Origin: Octopus vulgaris
Taxonomy: Eukaryota
DNA: 64,000 nucleotides
Assembly (NCBI GenBank): GCA_951406725.2
Contig: OX597830.1
Location: forward strand, 37,200,001 to 37,264,000
Reading direction: 5' to 3'
The notes under the pieces were generated by a model. The model saw only the letters and a program-made list of their open reading frames with translations, was not told where the DNA came from and searched no databases. Of this stretch, positions 53,802 to 64,000 are shown piece after piece (position 1 is the first letter of the stretch; the number at the start of each line of letters is the position of its first letter). The position numbers and the translations under genes are program-made.

Positions 53802-56202
53802 TGAATATAAGTGTTTGTGTACGTGTGTGTACACGTATACGTCTGTGTCTGCCCAGCTCGTACTTTGATGGTTATGGTACACAATGAAAAATAATCTATT
53901 TGCAATTTATTACAAATAGATATATGACAGGACGATCTTTATCAAGCAAACGATTAACAACCGTTAATCTAATCAATCAAGTGATTGCATACCAAGGCTA
54001 AGAAAACTTAAACATTTGACATTTCTTCAAAATATTACCAATAGGGGATAAAGTGCAACGCAAAACCCAGACTTCCAAATTGAAAATTATACTACAAGCA
54101 GCAAAGTGACGGAGTATAGGTTTTGTTTAGTCTGTTGGGAACAAAGACAGCGCATACTTAATGACAATATTGGCAATATATTTGAGAATAATATGATTTC
54201 TCCGTGAACGAAGTAACGATGATTGATCCATTTTATCCAATAATGGGGGAAGGAGAGAAACGGGTGAATAGAACTTAATCGAAAACAAAATAATACGGGA
54301 AGTAATAAACACTAGACACTGAGCGAAGCTCCAGTAAAATCTTTTAAGGGAAGAATCGGTTTTTAGTTTTATACACACACACAGACACGCACAGACACAC
54401 AGACACACAAACACAGACACACACACACATCTGTAGGAGAATTGATACAATGATAAATAAGGAAAGCTTCTAACAATGAAGAAATATAACAAAACTCCTT
54501 TATATTCCGAACGGAAAAGCCTATTTTCAGAAGAATACAATGAAAGAAATGTGTATTTTCATTTTGGATAATGTATCCTACCATTGTTGATAGTGTGGTG
54601 TTTGTGCTAGTCGCAGCAGCTTCCCAGATGCACTTTCTTTCACCTTTGATTTGGGAAAGGATGTTGCTGGTACATCAAGGCTGCATAAAATCCTACGTAC
54701 CTTACTTGTCCCAATACAATCAAGAAAGAGAAAGTTTTTTTCTTTATTTCAAGCCAATCCGTCATTCTTCTGCTTTTGCTTTCTTCTCTTTTTTTTTCAA
54801 CCGTGGAGACCGCCGACGTTCTTTGCTTCCGAACCATCTTCCTGATCGCAGCCCTCCGGACGAAGTTGTCTGGAGTCAAGTGCGAGCACCGTGTGTTAGA
54901 GTAGCTATTCCTGTGTATCTCTCACGCACCATCCTCCGAGGCAAAGTTTATTCTATTTCCTGAATTACCCATTTGAGCTGTTAAATAATCAACATCATGC
55001 TGTGCAGTCTCCCCCGAAATGTCTTCCGCCAGCCTGTTTCATAAGCAGCTCCTGAACTGCTGCTGTCAATAGAAGGTCACCTACAATATTTTTCATGTAC
55101 ATGAATCTCGTCTCAACTACGAAACTTTTGTAAACGATGTACAGCTTTAAGCTTGTTGATGGTTCATGGTCAAATGGTTGTTTGAGAAGTGTTTCGATGT
55201 ATATTACGATCGATAATTCACATAAAAATTTACTCTCATTTGCTTGAAACTCATCTCTACTTTGATAAGAGAAATAAAAACATAACAGCAAAACCTCACC
55301 ATATATATCAATAGGCTGAAATTAGCCTTCAATACAGTATATTATACGTTATGTGAAGGTTTATTTCAAAATAAATACCTAATTTTGGAACAGGAAAATA
55401 AACCATAATCTTGTTTGCACAATAATAACGTACACATAATGCATACATACGTACTTAATACATACATAATACATACTTGCATACATACACATATATATGA
55501 TATATATACACACACACATAAAGAAATGTGTACGTATATATAAAAGTATATCTACATTGTTTGTGGTTTTGTATGTGTTTGTGTGTCTATAATATTCTGC
55601 ATCTTCAAATATTGTATATTTGCGTACATGTGTAGGCAACTGTGTACATTTATATATGTGGATACACATATACACGTATGGTTGCGTGCTTGTACACCAG
55701 CATTCTTGAACCTATTTGAATATATGTATATATATATACACATACATATATACATACCTACACACACGCACACACTTATATATATGGTTTATATCATATA
55801 CTATATTTAACTTAGCATTCATAACGGAGGGCAGTCACGCTTTACGCCAATATCTCTCAGTCTACTTTCTCTAACTATAATGAGGTTTCTTGATATCTAC
55901 TTCGCTTGGTTTTCTTTTTACCTCATCACCTGTCCAAAGTATACATTTTCCACTTATATATTTTATACTTGTTATGTGAATTTATGTTATCTTTGTGTGT
56001 GATTGTCGTGGGTTGTGTTTGTAAAACGAATTGAATACATGTTTCTATATCTATGGACACCGACGAAAAGAGGTAGGCGTGCGTAATTATACAGGATATA
56101 CGGCTGCATAGATGTGTCAGTGCAATTCGGTAGAACGCATGCTCGCATACGGAAGAGAAAGAAAATAAGTTAGGAGCGAGAAGATTTTCGTGCATATGTA
56201 TC

Positions 56203-56238
<36 letters not shown>

Positions 56239-56369
56239 TATACGCACGCACATATGCGCACTATATGCTTGTATGTGATTCTTCTCGCCCTTTGCTTTTT
56301 GCAAGTAGAGATATAGGCAAACAACATGTTTGAGTTTATATATATCATTCTGGATATATATATATATAT

Positions 56370-56527
56370 GTAGGAGCAAGCGTGTCTGTGTGGTAAGAAG
56401 TTTGCTTCCCAACTTCACGGTTCCGGCTTCAGTCCCACTGCGTGCCACCCTGAATAGCTGTCTTCAACAAATCCTTGTGAGTGGATTTGGTAGACGGAAA
56501 TCGAAAGAAGCCTGTCGTATATATATG

Positions 56528-56605
<78 letters not shown>

Positions 56606-56795
56606 GTGTGTGTGTGTGTGTGAGTGTGTGTGTGTGTGTTTGTATTTATTTTGTGGCTGTGTTTTTCTACCTCACCATCGCTTGATAACCGATGTTAGTG
56701 TGTTTATGTTCCGGTAGACTAGCAGTTACCATGCTGGAGCACCCTTTAAGACGGCGCTCCAGCATGGCTATAGTAAAATGACTGAAAGATGTAAA
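56370..56795 (+). mobile_element. Family B SINE with deletions
   Basis: Head, internal TA/TG array and tail are recognisable. Confidence 0.8.
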
Positions 56796-57270
56796 AGAAT
56801 ATATATATATAAATGTGTGTGTGAGTGCGTATGTATGAATAAATACTTATTCGCGGACACCTACACATCCATACATGCACACACAGACACATACACACAC
56901 ACAAATACGCAGATATTGTAAGCGTGCACAATAAAACGTCGTGATGAAGTAAACATGTTTCATATTTATCTGTTAGAATCATTTAATACAAATGTATATT
57001 TTTAACTTTGTTCAAAAACGATATTTCTGCTAAGACTCTAATTATACACTGCGTTTCATATTATTAACGACTTATTTGTCTATTTTATTTAAAAACTACT
57101 CGTTGGAATCCAATGAAATTTCCACTGAATGATGGCAACGACTACATGCGCGAGGTACGTAAAAAAACGTGAGGTTTTGTGAAAGTGTAAACAAACCGCA
57201 GCCATTTCATGATTTACACGAAACTTTAGTGCTCGAAATTATTAACGTGTGGTGTGATAGTCGTGTAATT

Positions 57271-57420
57271 ATGGGCCGTAGATGTGACTTTACTGCTTCA
57301 GAAAAATTTGTTATTGCTTCAGGACTTGCAAAAGAGGTAAATCAACTTTAGATATATCTAAAATAATGGAAGGGTACCACCAAACTGTGAAGACATTTGC
57401 TACAGGTCCTAGAAAGTGAC
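57271..57420 (+). pseudogene. Tc1-like transposase N-terminal remnant
   Basis: MGRRCDFTASEKFVIASGLAK / KSTLDISKIMEGYHQTVKTF resembles the Tc1 HTH start. Confidence 0.6.
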
Positions 57421-57436
57421 GTAAAAAAAAAACTAA

Positions 57437-57755
57437 TTGAAATGACTGTATTATGAGGGTGAGCGTTAACTTTTCGACTATATAACAATTACAACTAAAA
57501 AACAACAAAATTATAACGGACAAAATAATTAAGTAAATAGAATCTACAACTATCGAAATATATTTTTATATATTTCAAATAATGATAATCCAAATTCGTT
57601 TAGGTCGAATACAATCTTTGGCTATCATATGTTCCGATAGGTGTAGATTCTATTTACTTAATTATTTTGTCCGTTATAATTTTGTTGACTTTTAAATGTA
57701 ATTGTCATGTAGTTGAAACGTTAATGCTCATGCTCATAATACAAAGGCATTTGAA
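57437..57755. repeat. Foldback/MITE-like inverted repeat
   Basis: Arms of about 120 bp; 57503-57548 and 57642-57687 are a perfect 46-bp inverted match. Confidence 0.85.
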
Positions 57756-57923
57756 CTCATTCTTTTATAATCTAGCCGTCCTTTCACACGGAATTTCGTC
57801 TATCTTTAAACCAGATGGGCCTTATATAAATAAATTGAATTGTTTATAAATCAAATAATGTATATTAGTCGAAACGAATTGTTTGCTCTTTTGGCTTTTT
57901 AATCACTTTTAAATGTTATATTA

Positions 57924-59219
57924 TCCGGTCATCCCATAAGTTCTGTTCGAATTTTGAATAAAGAAAACAAGTGATCAAACGTTATATTTAATTGAAATTT
58001 AATCCTCAATGTACTTTCCTTGATTATCTAGGACTTCCTTCCATCTGTTTACAAGGTTTTTAATCTCACCAATGTAAAACTCTTCTGGTCTCAAAGCGAA
58101 GTACTCTGAAATGTCAGTTTCGACCTCATCCTGGCTTGCGAAAGTTATGTCATCCAAATGATTCTGTAAGCGGCGAAACACATGGTAGTCCAAAGGAGCA
58201 AGGTCGGGAGAATAAGGTGGATGAGGAATGTTTTCCCAACCAAGCTCTTCGATCTTCTATGATGTGATCTTTGCAGTGTGGGGTCGCGCATTGTCCTGGT
58301 AAAGCATCACTCCTTTTCGATTCACTAAAGCGGTTTTTTTTCTTCAAAGTTTGGTTTAAATGCTACTAACTGCTGACTGTAGACTTGAGCATTGATTGCT
58401 GCATTAGGTAGTAACAATTCAAAGTAAATTACTCCTTTGCAACCCCACCACTTAGAAAGAAGAAACTTTTTTCCCATGAAGTTCCCTTCTCGGTTGTGGT
58501 TGAACGCTTTCCCTTTTACCAAACCACTGTTTACAACGTTTAACATTTCGATAGATAACTCATTTTTCGTCACCAGTCACAAGTCTATACAAAAAGGGTG
58601 AAATGAGTTCGCGAAAATGGAGGGAAAATCAGATGACAACTCGGGATCTGCGGTTGCTTTGGAATAATTCATGAGGCACCCATTTTCCAAGTTTAGGAAC
58701 CGTTCTTGAAGATGGCGATGAACAGTTGTATGTTTTGAACTCAGTTTTATTGCCAGTTCTTCCAACTGATAATGCCAGATTTTCTTCAAGTAATGCCTCA
58801 AGGAGCTTATCATCAAACTCAACTGGACGTCCTGTTCGATCTTCATCCTCAAGGCTGAAATCTCCACTTCTGAATTTTGCAATCTATCTTCTGTAAGTTC
58901 TTTCATTCAAGCATTCTTTCCCATAAACTCAGTGTATGTTTCGAGACGCTTCGGCCGCAGAGTTTCCTTTTTTGTACTCATAAAGCATTATGTGCCTTAA
59001 ATGCTCTTTGGATACTTCCATGTTAGAAAGGGTTAGAAAGGAACTTCCATGTTAGAAAGGAACTTTAATTCTATTATTCTGTAAAATAATATATAATTAG
59101 TTTAAATGTACGCAAATGCATAAAAATAATTTAAAATTCTATTGGACATTCTAAAATACCATTAAATTTCATTCAATTTAAAAAAGGGAAAATCGGACAG
59201 AACTTATGGGATGACCTGA
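57924..59219 (-). mobile_element. Full-length mariner element (about 1.3 kb)
   Basis: TIRs TC(A/C)GGTCATCCCATAAGTTCTGT(C/T)CGA at both ends, each flanked by TA. Confidence 0.95.
57999..59021 (-). pseudogene. D,D34D mariner transposase with stops and frameshifts
   Basis: MEVSKEHLRHIMLYEYKKG, WVPHEL, VTGDEK, QDNARPH, PYSPDLAPLDYHVF, QGKYIED*. Confidence 0.95.
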
Positions 59220-59300
59220 TATCATATTCATAGTATATTATGTTATATCATATAGATAAATTATTGGATTGTCAATTGTATCTCTCTAATTTATTTAGGG

Positions 59301-59376
<76 letters not shown>

Positions 59377-59379
59377 GAG

Positions 59380-59535
59380 AGAATTCGCCAAAAATTAGAC
59401 CAAGACAGGTGGCGTAGACAACAAACAGAAGTATTAATATAACGCTCGGGAAGTGAAAAAGTCTTTACCGTTTCGAGCCTACGCTCTTCTACAGAAAGGA
59501 ACACAGAAAGAAACGAGAGAAAATAAAGAATGTGT
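59380..59535 (-). mobile_element. Family P pLTR
   Basis: Minus strand reads CTTT CTGTAGA A GAGC gtag GCTC GAAA CGG TA AAG at 59463-59498. Confidence 0.72.
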
Positions 59536-59813
59536 AATACATACACACACACACACGCACACAAACATACATATTGTCACAAGTCAATCCTTGGTAGCTT
59601 TCACCTAAAATTTACGTGTGCGATGTATAATCAAGTCCCGATCTCTAAAGCCGTCACAAAAGTATTCCGAATAGCTGACTGCCTTACAATTGAAGAGCTG
59701 AAAGTATCGATGCCTGTGGATATGTTCTGTTTTCGAAGGCGAACTTTGTTAAACATGAAATTAATTTCTTCGGTGATGCAAGTTATAAACTAACATTTTA
59801 TCTTTATATCCAG

Positions 59814-59970
59814 TTATAGGACTTCTACTTCACGCAACAAGTATGAAAATCCAAACTGGACGTCCACAGAGGAACGCTATCATTCAGCGAAGTGCGATCA
59901 TGTTTGCTGTAGAATTTGTAAATCATCAACTGAACTGCTTTCTGGGGCGCCTCAAAGCAACCGAACAACA
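59814..59970 (+). other. Candidate 157-nt internal exon of an unknown host transcript
   Basis: Branch-like CTAAC at 59790, pyrimidine tract, CAG at 59811-59813, GTAAGT at 59971; two frames are open. Confidence 0.4.
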
Positions 59971-60024
59971 GTAAGTAGGTTGAATGAATATTGAAAGTTA
60001 GGTGATTGTTATCTGACGGTATGA

Positions 60025-60220
60025 AGGCGACGGGCCGGCAGAATCGTTAGCACACCGGATAAAATGATTAGTATAATTTTCGTCCGTCTTCATGTTTTGA
60101 GTTCAAATTCCACAGATGTTGTCTTTCATCGTTTCTGTGTCGATAAAATGATTACCAGTTGAGTACTGGGGTCAATATGATCGCCTGGGCCCCACTTCAG
60201 AAAATTCCAGGCCTATGTTT
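60025..60220 (+). mobile_element. Degraded MetaSINE
   Basis: Aligns with 10051-10263. Confidence 0.78.
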
Positions 60221-60970
60221 ATCTGATGATATGATGCAAAAATATATGCGCACGGACATGAGCACGCACGCACACACACACAGGTACGGATGCACGAACA
60301 AACACACACACATACACACACATGTACATATTTGTTTCTGTCGTATGAAAATTGTGACCATTAATATAATACTGAATACTGCTTCAAAAATGAGATACTG
60401 TTTCATGTTCCATATCTTATAAATTCAATCAAAATAAGAGCAGCTGTTATGTTTAAAAGGGCTGTAAAACTAAGAAAGGTTAAAGGCAGTATAATCGCTG
60501 TTCTTGCAGCCGATAAAAATCTAGAGCAACGCCACTAGAGATTTCTCAGGATGAACAATGATAAGTGCTTTTGCAATCGATATATTTGCTATTAAAGAAT
60601 CCTAGTACAAGACAAAAGAAATAAGCTTTTCGGATGTGTGTTACCCCCTGGTGTAATATCTAGCTTGATGTTGAAAGGAATGTTCGTTATACAAAAATAG
60701 GCAAGAAAGCGTGATCAGCTGCAAATGTTGTGTGGGGCAGTATTTACATGAAATTACTAAAATATATAAGTAATCTTGTTTTCCTTGAGACAACCAGTTA
60801 AACATGTAACATTGAAAAGAAACACACGCAAAGGTGCTCACAGTACACACACTAACACATGCATATATATGTACATACACACACATTATAAAGACAATAT
60901 GGTCTACCACATAAAGGTATGTATGTGTGCGGGCGTGTATGTATATGTGTACATATAAATATAAATATGC

Positions 60971-61215
60971 GAAGGCGCATGGCTCAGTGGTTAGAGCGTC
61001 GAACTTACAACAGTAAGGTTGTGAGTTCGAATCCACAACATCACTGTTGCAAGACACTTTATTTCACGTTGCTCCACTTCACTCAGCTGTAGAAATTAGT
61101 TACGTCGTCACTGGTGCCAAGCTGTATCAGCCTTTACCTTTCCCTTGGATAACGTCAGTGGCGTGGAGAGGGGAGGCCGGTATGGATGGGCGACTGCTGT
61201 CTTCCCTAAAAAACC
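60971..61215 (+). mobile_element. tRNA/CORE SINE with a family C head and a different 3' half
   Basis: GGCGCATGGCTCAGTGGTTAGAGCG...GAGTTCGAATCC and CAAGACACTTTATTTCACGTTGCTCC shared with 44086-44411. Confidence 0.78.
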
Positions 61216-61549
61216 TTATATGTATGTATGTATTTATGTATGTATGTATGTATGTATGTATGTATGTATGTATGTATATATGTATGTATGTATGTATGTA
61301 TGTACGTACGCATGTACGTATGTATGTATGTATGTATCTATGAATTTAAAGTGTATTCCGTAAGGTTCGTATTAGAGTACAAAACAGCTCGTAGTGTAGT
61401 GTTTATTAAACGTACTCCTTCCTGTTGATTTTATTCAATATATATATAATAGGTAAGTAGATAGATATGTTATATAAGTGTATATATGTGTTTGTGTGCA
61501 TTCATATTTGTAATTTCCCGATACTATCTTTCTCTCTCTCTTGTAAACT

Positions 61550-62490
61550 TAGGTACTACTCATCTTTTACGCATTCCGCTAAAACTATGTAATTCCACAA
61601 TAAGTATCCATACCCAAAATAACCTTAAACTAAGACTAAGTCACCTTACCAACCTACTACTTAAAAAATACTACCGACCACTTATTCTTTCTCACACACA
61701 CATTTCGAATTTCTTCCAAATTCTTCAAATCTACTACATCCGACTTCCCTCTTAGCCTCCCCACCCTACCCACTTTCAAAAAGTACTTAACAATACCCAC
61801 ATACTTTGAAAACTAACCAATCTACCTCTGCCCTCTCCCTATTCACATCCGTGTATTCAGTTTCATACGCCTGCCCTTACCATAACACCGCTCCAATACC
61901 AACCCAATTCTTTTGTCTCACTAACAGCTACTATTTCGACCACATTCTCATCTCCCCACTGTATGCCCATCCATCACTCTTCATTCCACTCTACATGTCT
62001 CACTATTCTCCTTCAGCCACTGAACTAGTCAACTTCTCTCAAATAATGGCCATTCCTATTTTAACTATCTCAACATTTAACTCTATATAACATATGTTAC
62101 TATTCACATACTATCTAAACCAGCCTTCACTCTTCCACCCACTTTCCACCTCTACTACTATCTCTAGCCTCATTAATAACCTCTAACCCTGAAATTTATT
62201 ATCTTCTCCCACTACTCTCTATCTAAATAGCTTCCAACTCCTGCTATTACGTTTAGTTCTCCACAAAACCATTCCATCTTAACTCTTTTTCTGTCAACAC
62301 CTCAGCGGTAAAATTCTTCCCTGAAGACGGGGGCTGGTATTATCCGATGATGGAATCAATTTGCAATCATTATTTTGGACAATCAAGGCTTCAGAAACAG
62401 CTGTTGGACTCGCAAAACTCTTCTGCAACCCCTTTAATTCCTGATATCGTTTCTATTCTGTGTAAGTCGGTTGGTTTTATATGTAAACAC
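61550..62490 (+). mobile_element. Probable Penelope-like 3' end: G-poor spacer plus pLTR with decayed long-stem hammerhead
   Basis: About 700 nt strongly depleted of G, then CTGAAGA...GAAACAGCTGTT at 62321-62405. Confidence 0.5.
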
Positions 62491-62659
62491 ATTCTTTTAT
62501 TCATTGCAGCACCGCATTTACTCGAACAAATCGACCCCAGGACTAATTTTTTGTAAGCCTAGTACTTATTCTATCGATCTCTTTTTGCTGAACCGCTAGA
62601 TTACGGGGACGTAAACGCACCAGCATCGGTTGTCAAACAAAGTTGGGGGGATAGACGCA

Positions 62660-62715
<56 letters not shown>

Positions 62716-62900
62716 ACGTTAATCTAAACATGGACAAAGAGAAAACACAACAACGCGAGGAACAAGTATAGTGTTATTGGACGTTCAGGAAAGGAAATAA
62801 AGGAGGATTTAACGTTTCGAGCAGAGCTCTTCGTCAAAAACTTAGAAAAAGGAAAGGTCCAAGGAAGGAAAGACAATCGCCAACGACACACACGCGGTAA

Positions 62901-62967
<67 letters not shown>

Positions 62968-63110
62968 GACGGTCTTCTTTCAATTTCAAGGCTTTTGTCG
63001 GCCCGAAGCTATAGTAGAAGACGCTTGCCCAAGGTGCCATGCAGTGGGACTGAACCCGGAACCATGTGGCTGGTAAGCAAGCTACTTACTACACAGCCAC
63101 TCCTGCGCCT
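62490..63110 (-). mobile_element. Family B SINE containing a nested pLTR (62715-62900)
   Basis: SINE halves flank the insert; insert minus strand reads TTGACGA A GAGC tct GCTC GAAA CG TTA. Confidence 0.82.
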
Positions 63111-63221
63111 ATATACATTAAAAAATTAAATCTATTTCATATATTTTGTATATCAGCTTGCCTAACTTGCTCGTCCTTACATTTATTCCTCTACCTGCTC
63201 AAGTTTAAATCTCTTGGGCAA

Positions 63222-63550
63222 TACGAGGTGTATCATTAAGTTTAGATTACGTTAACTGACACACGTTGTACGGCTGAGCATTCAAGAACTTTGCATCGTA
63301 TTTACGAGGTCCGACGTTCATTCCTTTAGCGCGATACCTCGAGGAAGTATCACTTACGATAACTTCATGTTAACGCCAACCATGTGAGTGAAATTTTATT
63401 GAAAGACACTGCGCAAAAACAGTCCATGTTTCACAAATATTTTTATAATGATTCTTCTTTAAGTGGAAATGTGTCTGTGTTAATTTTATGAACTTAAAAA
63501 TTCATTTACCGAAACAACAGAATGCTCCGCGTACAAGTCGACGGTGATCC
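63222..63550 (+). mobile_element. Possible mariner 5' remnant
   Basis: TA|CGAGG end and a degenerate LKNSFTET N-terminal motif. Confidence 0.4.
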
Positions 63551-64000
63551 ATTTAATTTATATTATCCATTATAATCTCCCTTTCATTTTAGATTATGAC
63601 TTTGCTTGGCTTTTACTTTAAACCTTTTTGGTGAGGACGCCGAGGTTTCTATATTGGCTCATTTGGAAAGCTTTGATTTGCTGGAGAATAATTAGGTTTT
63701 ACCATTCATGTGGAATGATGCATGAAATTAGACAATGTCATCCTACATTCTTTGAGGTGGTTTATCGTTCACATTTTGTGCTGAAAAATGCTTATTTGAA
63801 AAATTACTTTTTTGTTCCTTTCTACACCTGGTAACTGGTGTATTTGTACAGTATTAAGGAATGTCAGCTTACATGGAATTTAGGCTTAATGCAATCATTT
63901 TTTTATTCAGTACAAAGATCTATCCAATGAATCATGCTTGTTGCAGAGAAATTGTTCAATAAGGAATGCGTTTATATCGGGCTTAGAAAACTGCTCACTA

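Overview
AT-rich, microsatellite-dense eukaryotic (animal) DNA, not prokaryotic. The repeat families suggest a cephalopod, probably octopus (inference). No intact host protein-coding gene is recognisable, so the window is intronic or intergenic; nearly all listed ORFs are microsatellite translations or transposon debris. Contents: one decayed full-length Ty3/Gypsy LTR retrotransposon (4857-9326); a full-length D,D34D mariner (57924-59219) and several Tc1/mariner remnants; CR1-type LINE pieces; an R4/Dong-like endonuclease fragment; three tRNA-derived SINE families (about 18 copies); and many Penelope-like elements. The most interesting signal is a set of more than 10 Penelope/retrozyme-type minimal hammerhead ribozyme motifs, mostly in (TA)n arrays and often in foldback arrangements. 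They include a canonical hammerhead in a 430-nt circularly permuted unit (21756-22443), a family with a compensatory U3-A8 core swap (14049-14086), and a family with a shared A6U core. All alignments and mismatch counts were done by eye.
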